This document shows positions 47,481 to 57,072 of a stretch of DNA of 64,000 nucleotides, one piece after another (the stretch's first letter is position 1; each line of letters begins with the position of its first letter). Location: positions 160,001-224,000 of the IMG/VR virus record IMGVR_UViG_3300021431_004524. One strand, 5' to 3'. The translations under genes were made by a program, and so were the position numbers. Under the pieces are notes generated by a model. The model was not told the DNA's origin, ran no database searches, and saw only the letters and a program-made list of their open reading frames with translations. Source of the stretch: a virus. Taxonomy: Duplodnaviria > Caudoviricetes.

Positions 47481-47959
47481 GCTATGTTTTCAAATTCTTT
47501 CTCTCTGTTTTTAAATTTCTCTCGTAAACGAATATATTGCTTATATTCATATTCCTCATGTCGACGATTATCATCCTCAATAAGTTTTTGTGCTTCCTCC
47601 ATTGTCAGTTCCCACAAGCCAAGTTTTATGCGGTTTTCAATCAATGGGTCAAATCTAAGTTCACCATCCACTACGCTAATATGACAGTCGAAATTACCAC
47701 TATTATAGCATTTGGGGTTAATCACACATGAATTTGTCAATATAGGTCTGCGTTCAGATTCATGGTCATCTGAATCATCATCAATTTCAAACGCTACATA
47801 TGTCTTATCAGTAAAGGTGATAATCAGTTCATTCATGTCGTAATTGTTTCTATCATTAGCGAGAGAAATTTTATCTACGACTTTACCTTTAAGAATGTCA
47901 TAATCGTTTTTATAATTGCTTCTGATTCCAATCTGTTTATATTCATAATTCTTTTTCAT
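47477..47959 (-). CDS. Hypothetical protein
   Basis: 160-aa ORF. Confidence 0.65.
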   Translation of the reverse strand: MKKNYEYKQIGIRSNYKNDYDILKGKVVDKISLANDRNNYDMNELIITFTDKTYVAFEIDDDSDDHESERRPILTNSCVINPKCYNSGNFDCHISVVDGELRFDPLIENRIKLGLWELTMEEAQKLIEDDNRRHEEYEYKQYIRLREKFKNREKEFENIA

Positions 47960-48017
47960 ATTTTTTATTTGATGTTAATTGATTGTTTATACTTTAGAAA
48001 CATACGGTAAAAGTCAT

Positions 48018-48308
48018 CTATTCTTCTTTTCTCATACTGATGTTATCGTCATATCTATTCTTTAACAAATTACTTTCCGCATTTGCGGTGTCGCCCCATG
48101 TTCCATCAAAATGTTGCAATTCTTCTCCAAATAACATACATTTGTTTGATAAGATGAGTGCCATTGCGATTTCATTGTTAGTTGCTTCATTGATGTCGGC
48201 AGCAAGCCTAAGTATTTTAGACGTTATCGGCATGTCAAGCATATGCTTAAAAAAAGTATACGTTTGGTCTGTAAATCTGTTCAGTTGGTTTTCCTTATAC
48301 TTTCTCAT
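48018..48308 (-). CDS. Hypothetical protein
   Basis: 96-aa ORF. Confidence 0.55.
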   Translation of the reverse strand: MRKYKENQLNRFTDQTYTFFKHMLDMPITSKILRLAADINEATNNEIAMALILSNKCMLFGEELQHFDGTWGDTANAESNLLKNRYDDNISMRKEE

Positions 48309-48322
48309 TACTTATTATATTT

Positions 48323-49168
48323 TTAAATTATTTTCTTACGTTTCTTTACATCTTTATCCTTACCGTTAGCAATATCTTCCCTTACCTTGGCAAGTCTGTC
48401 CTTAGAGAATTTCACTTGGTCTGCTGACAATTCGCAACCAATGCATATCATTGTATCTGCTTGGCAGAATTTCTCACATGCAATACCAGTTGTACCCGTT
48501 CCCATGAATGGGTCAAATACTATACTATTCTCAGTTGCATATATATTAAGTAACTGCAAACACAAATCACTTGAATATGTGGCTTTATTCAAACTACAAC
48601 TTCCATCATTGTTTGGTGCTTTTATAATATTGTATATGTTTTCATAATATTTTTGCCCTTTACTATTTTGTTTGGTTACTTTTTTATTAGCATTATATGT
48701 TTTATATTCACTTTTACGGCATAAGACAAAGATATTTTCAGTCAGCCTTGTTAATTTGTTATGGCTGACATTCTGCGGGAGGGCAGATTTTTTTATCCAT
48801 ATAATATGGTCGGCAATCATAAAATTTGTTTTGTGCCTAATATTTTCAATAAGTTCCCACATGCAATCGGGATTTTCATTACTATAACTGATATTATATA
48901 ATATCACACCATTTTCAATTAATATATTATCAATTTCATTGAGTATTTTACATTGCCATTGACAATATTCTTCATTATCCATTGCATCATCATAACCATC
49001 ATACATTGCATTATAAGTTTCCATTTGTTTCATTTTCTTATTAGAACTTGAATGTCTACTTTTATTATAAGGCGGTGAGGTTAATACAAGGTCAATCTTC
49101 TTATTCTTTTCTTTAATTTTTTTAATTGTTTCTAAACAATCTTCATTTCTAAAATTAACTTTGCACAT
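48323..49168 (-). CDS. Beta-class N4-C/N6-A DNA methyltransferase
   Basis: Motif IV TSPPY precedes motif I DPFMGTGTT. Confidence 0.9.
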   Translation of the reverse strand: MCKVNFRNEDCLETIKKIKEKNKKIDLVLTSPPYNKSRHSSSNKKMKQMETYNAMYDGYDDAMDNEEYCQWQCKILNEIDNILIENGVILYNISYSNENPDCMWELIENIRHKTNFMIADHIIWIKKSALPQNVSHNKLTRLTENIFVLCRKSEYKTYNANKKVTKQNSKGQKYYENIYNIIKAPNNDGSCSLNKATYSSDLCLQLLNIYATENSIVFDPFMGTGTTGIACEKFCQADTMICIGCELSADQVKFSKDRLAKVREDIANGKDKDVKKRKKII

Positions 49169-50282
49169 TTTTAATAGATTTTAAAATTTGAGTCATTTTT
49201 TCATTAATATCTTCTTTATATGTCATATAGTATAATTGAACATTGTTCTGTTTACATAAATTCTTTTTAATTTTATCATTATTTTGTATATATTTAAAGC
49301 CTTCAACACCTCCAAAACTTTCTACGATTTCAAAATGTTGTCTACCTTGACATTCAATTGCTATATTATAATCAGGTAAATAAAAATCTAACCTTAGTTT
49401 GTTTTTATTTTTTAACCATAAAAAAGTTTTTTGTCGCTCATATTTTATGTTTTTATTGTCTAATATAACACTTACACATTCTTCCATTGTACTTTGTTTA
49501 CAGTATGGGCAACCTTGTCCACAAAGATGGGCATGGGGTGTCTGCCAAAATTCGCCATGTTCATTGCCTTCTTTATCTTTCTTATGGCATACAATACACA
49601 CTTTGGTATCTGTATTTACATATTCAACTTTTGAATAGTCATATTTATCATTATGAATGATTTTTGCCCTATTAATAAAATCTTTTACTTTTGTCCTCTT
49701 TTGTCTTCCTCTTTTTTCAATAGCACATTTATTGCAGCCGTTTCCATTTAGATGAGAATTTGGTATTTGCCAAAATTCGCCATGTTCAGGACAAATTATG
49801 CATACTTTTGTATGATTATTTATATATTCAGACTTAGAATAATCATATTTGTCACCATGAATCTTACGTGCCTTTTCAATAAATTCTTCAGTAATATACG
49901 AATAACTTCTATGCGTGCATTTAGGACAATTTTGTCCATTCAAAAAATCAATAGGTCTTATATTAAATTCACCGTGTTTTGGACAAATAATACACACTTT
50001 TGTATGATTATTGATATATTGTACTTTTGAGTAATCATATTTATCATTTAAATGTTTTTTTCTTGCTTCTTCTATCCATTCTTCTGTTGTGTAATTATAT
50101 TTTTTGCTACATTTAGAACACCCATTACCTTGTAAATGCTTATAAGGCATTTGCCAAAATTCGCCATGTTCAGGACAAATTATACATACTTTTGTCTTAC
50201 TATTAATATATTCTGCTTTCGAATAATCATATTTATCTCCATGTACCTTTCTAGATTTTTCTATAAATTCATTTGTATTCAT
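49155..50282 (-). CDS. Putative homing endonuclease: DUF723-like Zn repeats plus Vsr/PD-(D/E)XK-like nuclease
   Basis: Four YDYSK..Y.N..TKVCI.C..HGEF...C..C repeats; LRLDFYLP..NIAIECQG.QH. Confidence 0.75.
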   Translation of the reverse strand: MNTNEFIEKSRKVHGDKYDYSKAEYINSKTKVCIICPEHGEFWQMPYKHLQGNGCSKCSKKYNYTTEEWIEEARKKHLNDKYDYSKVQYINNHTKVCIICPKHGEFNIRPIDFLNGQNCPKCTHRSYSYITEEFIEKARKIHGDKYDYSKSEYINNHTKVCIICPEHGEFWQIPNSHLNGNGCNKCAIEKRGRQKRTKVKDFINRAKIIHNDKYDYSKVEYVNTDTKVCIVCHKKDKEGNEHGEFWQTPHAHLCGQGCPYCKQSTMEECVSVILDNKNIKYERQKTFLWLKNKNKLRLDFYLPDYNIAIECQGRQHFEIVESFGGVEGFKYIQNNDKIKKNLCKQNNVQLYYMTYKEDINEKMTQILKSIKNVQS

Positions 50283-50384
50283 TATTTCTTTGTTTTAGCC
50301 TACGTTATTTGGTAATAAATATTATAAACAATGAAATAAACTTTTGCCATATTAATTAATTTTTTACAATTTTTCTTATAATAC

Positions 50385-50645
50385 TCAAATATTAAAGTAT
50401 ATACCAAATCCGGCAGATGCGAGTATTATAAAGAATATCTTCCAAAAGATGTCATAATTCACGTCGACATCACGGCCAATCATTGCATTACCCAAAGTGG
50501 TCAATGTAATGTTAAACCACATCAAAAGACAGAATAATGACATTGCAAGCAAAGCGGCTTTAAAACTGATTGAAAGCCATAATGCAATACCAGTTCCGCA
50601 TACAGTTGCCAAAAGAATTTTACCGAAATTATCACTCATTTTCAA
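50385..50645 (-). CDS. Small membrane protein
   Basis: Three hydrophobic segments. Confidence 0.65.
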   Translation of the reverse strand: MKMSDNFGKILLATVCGTGIALWLSISFKAALLAMSLFCLLMWFNITLTTLGNAMIGRDVDVNYDIFWKIFFIILASAGFGIYFNI

Positions 50646-50652
50646 TTAAAAT

Positions 50653-51282
50653 TTAATTTATTATTTCATCTATCAAATCATATTCTAATGCCGTTTCAGC
50701 ATCAAAATAAAAATCCTTCTTTTCTTTATATATTTTATCAAGTTTATCTTTTGTGAATTTTGTTTTTGAAACAAGAATGTCATCCATAACCTTCCCTAAA
50801 CGTTCAACTTCTTCTACCTTATCTTTTATGTCGGCTAATTTTTTAAAACCAATATAATCAGCCATATCATGCACCATAAATGTGGTATTTTTTCTCGCTA
50901 TACGTTTATTTGCCGCTTGCAAAAGTATAGTACCCATAGACATTACATAACCGGAACATATGATAGTAGTATTATATTCTTTTCCTATTTCACGAATATG
51001 GTCATACAAACCGATACCGGCATAACACCATCCACCAAAAGATGAAAGATATATATTAATAGGCGGTAAATTAAATTCAAATTTTTGATTATCTACAAAC
51101 AACATCGTTTCATTCAAAATATCAATATTTCGTTTGATTGTTATTCTGTCATCCATTACGATGTCATTAAGTTTTTTTGTCAGGTCTTTTACCATCTTAT
51201 CATCTATTTCATCACACAGATAGATTTGATGTGCCTCATAATCAAAAGACTCAATATTATATGTGTTGTTATTAAGTTTCAT
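50653..51282 (-). CDS. clpP: ClpP-like serine protease
   Basis: S.GG, catalytic Ser in VMSMG, His in FMVH, D.YF.A.AL.Y.LID.I. Confidence 0.85.
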   Translation of the reverse strand: MKLNNNTYNIESFDYEAHQIYLCDEIDDKMVKDLTKKLNDIVMDDRITIKRNIDILNETMLFVDNQKFEFNLPPINIYLSSFGGWCYAGIGLYDHIREIGKEYNTTIICSGYVMSMGTILLQAANKRIARKNTTFMVHDMADYIGFKKLADIKDKVEEVERLGKVMDDILVSKTKFTKDKLDKIYKEKKDFYFDAETALEYDLIDEIIN

Positions 51283-51284
51283 TT

Positions 51285-52052
51285 TTAATTTTGATTTTTA
51301 TAAAACTCTTCAGGTTTAGGGCATAACACAACCAATTCACTTCTAATTTGGTTTATAATTGGCTTGAATGTCTGTTTATACACTTCCCAAGGACTGTCTT
51401 TCATTGCATAAATCATAGTCCAATATTGATTTGCCGCTTGATAATCAACTATCTTACCAAATTTGGCAATCTGTATACCGAAAACCATTACACGTATTGA
51501 ATGGAATAACGATTTCTGTCCCCTATATAGGTCGTAATCCTTTTCAATGGTCATTTTCTTGTGTGCCTTTGCAAATGCATTACTCGCTATACTGGATACC
51601 ACTTGTCTTAACTTCCACTTATCAAGTTTGAAGTAAGGCTCATATCTCTTTACATCACCCTTGATTATGAGGTCAGAAGGAAGCCAAAACATTTCAAGGG
51701 CTATGATGTGATGTTCCATAACCATATTGATGAACGTTGACTCATTAATAAACTGATAGTCATTGTTATCCTTTTTAAATTCTGCAATACCATTAACATA
51801 ACCGGACAAATCAATCTCATCATCGACAATGGCAACAATGTCGACATCTGATTTATCAGTCATTGTACCATATACCTTTGAACCGTAATAGAACATTGTA
51901 ATTACATGTTCCATTAACTCATTGAAAAGTTCATCTGTATTTATTGAGTCAGTCATTTTAATATCCATCGGTGTTTCGTCCGTTTCTACCGTTTCTGCTT
52001 TATTAAAGCATGATTTAATTATTTTCTTCAACTTTGCTAATTGTCCCATCAT
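51285..52052 (-). CDS. Pol-beta-type nucleotidyltransferase
   Basis: YGS.VYGT...SD.D; KSLFHS.R...FG.QI. Confidence 0.8.
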   Translation of the reverse strand: MMGQLAKLKKIIKSCFNKAETVETDETPMDIKMTDSINTDELFNELMEHVITMFYYGSKVYGTMTDKSDVDIVAIVDDEIDLSGYVNGIAEFKKDNNDYQFINESTFINMVMEHHIIALEMFWLPSDLIIKGDVKRYEPYFKLDKWKLRQVVSSIASNAFAKAHKKMTIEKDYDLYRGQKSLFHSIRVMVFGIQIAKFGKIVDYQAANQYWTMIYAMKDSPWEVYKQTFKPIINQIRSELVVLCPKPEEFYKNQN

Positions 52053-52788
52053 TGTTTACAAATATTAACGGCTTTCCGTTCTTCATTAAAACCATTTTAT
52101 ACGGTATAAATTCATCAAGTGTTACGTTAATTGATGTCTGTCTAAACATCACGAAGAAAGTTCTTTCGTTGTATAAATTACTAATACTTTCTTTTTTAAG
52201 ACACTCATACATTTCCTTGTTTGCAATTATTGAATATACGTCTGACTTGATTATCTTATTAGCCAAATCATTCATTTTCCTTAATATTGCATCAACTGAT
52301 GTTTTCTCATACCATGACTTATAAGGTTTATACTCAGGATTCAATAACAGATAGTTCTTAATCTCATCGACGGATGCCTTATGTGCGGGCGGTATTGAAT
52401 TGCTGAACTTAGATTCTCCCATTCTATAGTCATCAACAAGGCAAAATTCAAAATCACCCTTATTTCTCCACATACCGAGATTTGCCCAAGAACAGTCAGT
52501 GTCAGATACGAATAACTGATATATATCAGTGTCATCCCTCATAGATGCAAGCGAAAGGAACAGTTCAATGTTATTTCCACAATTAATGTAGTCAGGACTG
52601 TTTGTATTAGTTCCTCTACCAAACATTGTGTAGTATACACCTGTTTTTTCAGTCACAAGACCACCATTTATGTATTCCGTTTCTGTTACGTATTCAGACA
52701 CATAGCCAAGTTCACGTAATACATATCTCACATAGGATGCATCCTCGTTGTAAACATTTATTATTAAGTTATTCTTGAATTTCGGCAT
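52015..52788 (-). CDS. Hypothetical protein
   Basis: 257-aa ORF; CG.N.ELFL.LA..RDDTD motif. Confidence 0.65.
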   Translation of the reverse strand: MPKFKNNLIINVYNEDASYVRYVLRELGYVSEYVTETEYINGGLVTEKTGVYYTMFGRGTNTNSPDYINCGNNIELFLSLASMRDDTDIYQLFVSDTDCSWANLGMWRNKGDFEFCLVDDYRMGESKFSNSIPPAHKASVDEIKNYLLLNPEYKPYKSWYEKTSVDAILRKMNDLANKIIKSDVYSIIANKEMYECLKKESISNLYNERTFFVMFRQTSINVTLDEFIPYKMVLMKNGKPLIFVNNDGTISKVEENN

Positions 52789-52804
52789 ATATACTTATTT
52801 TCTG

Positions 52805-52836
52805 CAAAGATACTACAAAAATTTGAAATAACCAAG
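52805..52836 (-). promoter_or_regulatory. sigmaA-type promoter (variant -33 CTTG)
   Basis: TATCTTTG (52812-52805); CTTG 20 nt upstream. Confidence 0.7.
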
Positions 52837-52855
52837 TGATTAACAATATTTAACC

Positions 52856-53728
52856 TCAATGATTATATCTGAATTGGTATTCTTGTCCTACTTGGATGCA
52901 ATTATTAGGTATAGTATCTGTAGTGAATACACCATGTTCATAGTTTGGGTCATAAAATAGATGCACAGTATCCGGTAAACGGTCTGTATGTATACCAAGC
53001 AAAGTATATTTTCCTTTTATATCATCTTTAAGATTTTTCAATGATAAGTCTTCTCCCAAATCATACAAGTCATTCATTGTTACATTACTTTTAACAAGAT
53101 ATATTCGTGGTGGATAACTAAAGAACATATTATCGTTTCTTGGTATTAAACCGGTTGTCATGATACTTGGAATATTTTCAGATGGGGTGAAGTGATAAAA
53201 GTATTTGTTTTCTTTCTTGATTGTTTCCGTCTCATCTTTTTGCGTAATCGGTTCAAATCGCATCTGTAATAAAGTATGACCATCCTTTTCAAGTGGTTTC
53301 TCGACAGATAAGAAATAACCCATTTTAGACATGTCATTAACAATAAGGTCATGGTTTTCACCAATATCAGCAATTAACAAATATATTGCGATACCATTAA
53401 ATGCCTCGACCTTATAAAACTGTTCATCAGCAAAATGATAAGTACCACGCAAGTGTTTAATAACATCGTCAGCATCAAATATTTGACCATAAGTTTCTTT
53501 AATGTATTGTTTTCCTTCTTTAATTAATGGGTTTCCATATACATAATTTTGACCAAAATCACGATAGTCCCTATTAATATTTTCCATTAAATCAGAAGAA
53601 AAACTATCGATATTGAAGATAACGGCATCATCAGAAATTGCTTCTGTTAATCTATCTGCTTCATTTTTAGTCATGTGTTTCCCCATTCGTAATGATAAGG
53701 AAAACATTTCATTTAATTTTTTATTCAT
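52856..53728 (-). CDS. Putative ADP-ribosyltransferase-fold protein (Tpt1-C/DarT-like)
   Basis: YH.T...N..SI...GL.P...RIYL...LL.I...T...IP. Confidence 0.6.
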   Translation of the reverse strand: MNKKLNEMFSLSLRMGKHMTKNEADRLTEAISDDAVIFNIDSFSSDLMENINRDYRDFGQNYVYGNPLIKEGKQYIKETYGQIFDADDVIKHLRGTYHFADEQFYKVEAFNGIAIYLLIADIGENHDLIVNDMSKMGYFLSVEKPLEKDGHTLLQMRFEPITQKDETETIKKENKYFYHFTPSENIPSIMTTGLIPRNDNMFFSYPPRIYLVKSNVTMNDLYDLGEDLSLKNLKDDIKGKYTLLGIHTDRLPDTVHLFYDPNYEHGVFTTDTIPNNCIQVGQEYQFRYNH

Positions 53729-53778
53729 ATAATATTATATTTTTCGTAAATATACTATTTTTAATTCATATAACAAAT

Positions 53779-53810
53779 AAAAAATGGGAACTTTATAAAA
53801 AAATTCCCAT
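53779..53810 (-). terminator. Intrinsic terminator
   Basis: ATGGGAA...TTCCCAT plus T6 on the minus strand. Confidence 0.65.
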
Positions 53811-53832
53811 CTTCTATAAATAACTTTAAAAG

Positions 53833-55632
53833 TTATGCCTCATCAGTTGTATCACCATAACCCTCAGCAGCCTCAATATCAACAGCTCCGGAATCATAGA
53901 CAAGGGCTTCTTTAAGTGTAAAACTTACACTCTTTAATTTCTCAGCACGAAGTACAGTATCACCGGCTTTACGAAGAACAAATCCTTCTCTTGGTGAATC
54001 CGGGAAGTTCTTACAGAGTGGTTCCGGTTCCTCCATGCCAAAATGTTCCTTATCGTTCTTCATACGTTCCAACAAAGCCTCATGCCAATGGTTCTCAGTG
54101 TCCAAATCGGGATAAAGTTCTTCAAGAGTACCGTGATAAAGTATATCGATTGGGTGGATACGCTTCCAATTATCATTACCTTCTGCTTTCATCCTTTCAA
54201 TTAACTTGTTAGTCCAATCAAGAACCTCAGATACCTCCCACTCTTTCTTAGTTCCATCTTCATTAGTAGTTGTAATACGATAGAACATGACAATATTCTC
54301 ACCTTCAGGGCATCCATAATCGTAAGCCTTCTGAATCATTGATTGTTCACCAGTAAGATAGCCACAGATTTCACCATATACTGTCATACCTTCATCAAGA
54401 TATGGATAGATAATATCACCATACTCAGTCCACAAGTCAGCATTATAGTAACCACCAGTTACATCTTGATTGATGTATTTATTCTTAATTACCTTACGTG
54501 AAGCATATACAGGGCCATATACGACCTCACTATCAGTAATTCTAAGTGATTTGAACAGATGTGTGAAATCAACAAACTTGTTAAACGTTCTCTTGAAGAA
54601 CGGAAGTTTAATTGGTTGATTTACATGAAGTTTGCCAATGATACAACTTGTTCCGTGTAGTTTAACACTAATATCTACAATATCATCCGGTTTGAAATAC
54701 TGAATATCTTTATTCAACTGGCTTGTGCTGTAGTGGAAGAAGAATTCGCCATCAATCATGCGGTCAAATCTCTTAATTGTTTTCTGTGCCTTATTCTTAT
54801 TACTCTTCTTCTGAGTTTCCGCCGGCATAGGTGGAATATATACCTTAACGAACAAATCACCGTTTACAGTGTCGAACTCTTGGCCAACGTATGCTTCAAT
54901 ATCTTCCATCGTAATAGATGAGTCATATTTAATCAAATCCTCTGGTGCAAACAAAACACCAAATGAAGGGGTATTTCTAAGAGTAAGACAACGAACGCGG
55001 CCATACTTGTTGAAGAAGCCACAATGTTTCTTAACCTCTGCAATAATGTCAGCACCAGACTTAACAATATCCTCTACTTCTTTCTTCAAGTTGGTATAGG
55101 TTGTGGTCTTTGCGATTGCACGTGCTGTATAATCGTCAGCCTGCTTCTGCAAAGTATCAATTTCAGCCTTCTTGATACCGTACTCTTCAGATGAACTATC
55201 AAGAGACTCAAGGTCTTTTGTCATCTTCTTAATCTGTTTGTTAATCTTAGCAGCCTTCTTGGTGAGATTATCCATTGAAGCCTTTACGTTCTTTGCCTCA
55301 TTACGGATAGCATCAGCCTTTGCCTTGATTGGTTCATAAGGCTTATAGATTTCATCAACTTCTTCCTTATTGGCATTCTTCTCACGGCAACTAATCTCAT
55401 AAAGGTTATTAACGGAAAGGAATTTCTCATTAAGTTGCGTCTCATTAGCGGCATATATCATAATGTCGCCTTCCTTTACTTGGTCTTTACGTACCACAAT
55501 CTGTGTACCAAACACATCTGTTTTAGCAAGGAAATCAGAACCCTCAATTGGGGTAAGTTCACCAACACGTACAATAGCGGCACTATATTCACTATTGAAT
55601 GCTTCACTTTTAGTAAATACGTTTTTTTCCAT
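53833..55632 (-). CDS. Rnl2/DRB0094-type RNA ligase with a coiled-coil insertion
   Basis: N-terminal OB-like domain; KLHGTS, YGEICG, FYRIT, REGFV, KLKS..F. Confidence 0.8.
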   Translation of the reverse strand: MEKNVFTKSEAFNSEYSAAIVRVGELTPIEGSDFLAKTDVFGTQIVVRKDQVKEGDIMIYAANETQLNEKFLSVNNLYEISCREKNANKEEVDEIYKPYEPIKAKADAIRNEAKNVKASMDNLTKKAAKINKQIKKMTKDLESLDSSSEEYGIKKAEIDTLQKQADDYTARAIAKTTTYTNLKKEVEDIVKSGADIIAEVKKHCGFFNKYGRVRCLTLRNTPSFGVLFAPEDLIKYDSSITMEDIEAYVGQEFDTVNGDLFVKVYIPPMPAETQKKSNKNKAQKTIKRFDRMIDGEFFFHYSTSQLNKDIQYFKPDDIVDISVKLHGTSCIIGKLHVNQPIKLPFFKRTFNKFVDFTHLFKSLRITDSEVVYGPVYASRKVIKNKYINQDVTGGYYNADLWTEYGDIIYPYLDEGMTVYGEICGYLTGEQSMIQKAYDYGCPEGENIVMFYRITTTNEDGTKKEWEVSEVLDWTNKLIERMKAEGNDNWKRIHPIDILYHGTLEELYPDLDTENHWHEALLERMKNDKEHFGMEEPEPLCKNFPDSPREGFVLRKAGDTVLRAEKLKSVSFTLKEALVYDSGAVDIEAAEGYGDTTDEA

Positions 55633-55664
55633 TTTCTTAATTCTTTTAATTTCTAATTTTGATG

Positions 55665-55696
55665 CAAATTTAATACTTTATTTCCACTCCACCAAA
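55665..55696 (-). promoter_or_regulatory. sigmaA-type promoter
   Basis: TTTG (55696-55693), 20 nt, TAAATTTG (55672-55665). Confidence 0.7.
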
Positions 55697-55726
55697 TATT
55701 TTTTGTTAAAAATACTAAAACCTTTA

Positions 55727-56407
55727 TCATTCTAATAATTTGCATTCTTCAGGTGTATACTTTTCATGCAGTTTATCCATCCACCATTTAGTCTTAAACT
55801 TTACTTTTGGTAATCTCTGACCTTTCATAAGCGTTGTTCTTCTACATACAACTCCTTCTTTTACATTTGGATATTTACAGTCAGGTTGCGTCCAATCATT
55901 ATCTTGTATTGATTTGATGAAATCCTTTGTCAGTTTACCTCTATATATTAATTCAGGTTGAATAATCTCCTTATGAGAATAGAATAGTTCCTGTAACGGT
56001 TTTAATTCAATAAAGCCTTTCTTCTTGATAAAGACATCAATTAATGCAAGTTTCAATTCATCTCCTGGTACATGAACACCCGCAAATGAATTTTCACCAT
56101 ACCATTCAAAATAGAACGTCACTTCATCAACGCCTGTAAATAGTCCTTTCTTCTTTGAGTTATCAGTTACAATCTGAGATAGCAATTGTGGGTAACAAGA
56201 GTTCTTGAACCATTTAACAGCATCGCCAAACTGTTCATCGGTCTCATCAAAGACACGTTTTCTTGAACCGAATTGGTCGAATTTCTTTGTCTTTGGTGAA
56301 TACTTTATACAAATGTTCTGCCCGTCTAACTTGTTATAGGCTGCAACCTCTTCACCTAATAACGTACCGTCATCTTGTATACGGTTTATTGTGTCGTAAT
56401 GTCTCAT
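55727..56407 (-). CDS. Minimal Rnl2-like RNA ligase (adenylation domain)
   Basis: KLDGQN, GSR, FEWYG, LIDV, EGVV, K.K. Confidence 0.8.
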   Translation of the reverse strand: MRHYDTINRIQDDGTLLGEEVAAYNKLDGQNICIKYSPKTKKFDQFGSRKRVFDETDEQFGDAVKWFKNSCYPQLLSQIVTDNSKKKGLFTGVDEVTFYFEWYGENSFAGVHVPGDELKLALIDVFIKKKGFIELKPLQELFYSHKEIIQPELIYRGKLTKDFIKSIQDNDWTQPDCKYPNVKEGVVCRRTTLMKGQRLPKVKFKTKWWMDKLHEKYTPEECKLLE

Positions 56408-56411
56408 TCTA

Positions 56412-57068
56412 TCAAAGTTTATCTTTTACAAAATAATATGCTTTATCATAATCCTTATTATCGGGATATAGTTCAATCGCCTTATCAATTAGGTTATCAA
56501 GTTTTTTACCCCAATGATTATAAAATTCATGCAATAAGAAATGTTTAGTAGGATGGCATTCATCAAAAACGTCTACCATTGTATCATCAAACGACATAAT
56601 ACTTGGTATATCATGCTCTATTACGTATTTCTTAACACGTTCGATGTCATTATCCCATTCTCTCATATGAAGTCTTACATCTTGGTATATTTGACGATAG
56701 AAAAACTCATTTATAAAGCCGTTGTATTCCTGTATAAACTGATTTGTCAATTCAATTAACTCAGGATAATGGTCATATTCCTTATCCAACTCTTCTTGTG
56801 TCGTATTAGGATAATATGTTTTGATAAATTCACAAACATCAGTATAGTTGTACTTTTTCTTTGCAAATTTATTAAAGACATTAACTTCTACATCCTTTGG
56901 TATATCAACACCTTCATTCCAAGCAGTTTGTTCTTCCTCATTACCAAACATACCGGGGTATAAATTCAATGTGTTTATATCAGGTGGTGTAGAACTGAAA
57001 CAGAACCAACCGTTTTCCTTTGTTTGTGCAAACCAAAAACCACCACTTTTAGTTTTATATATTTTCAT
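56412..57068 (-). CDS. Hypothetical protein
   Basis: 218-aa ORF. Confidence 0.65.
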   Translation of the reverse strand: MKIYKTKSGGFWFAQTKENGWFCFSSTPPDINTLNLYPGMFGNEEEQTAWNEGVDIPKDVEVNVFNKFAKKKYNYTDVCEFIKTYYPNTTQEELDKEYDHYPELIELTNQFIQEYNGFINEFFYRQIYQDVRLHMREWDNDIERVKKYVIEHDIPSIMSFDDTMVDVFDECHPTKHFLLHEFYNHWGKKLDNLIDKAIELYPDNKDYDKAYYFVKDKL

Positions 57069-57072
57069 GGTA

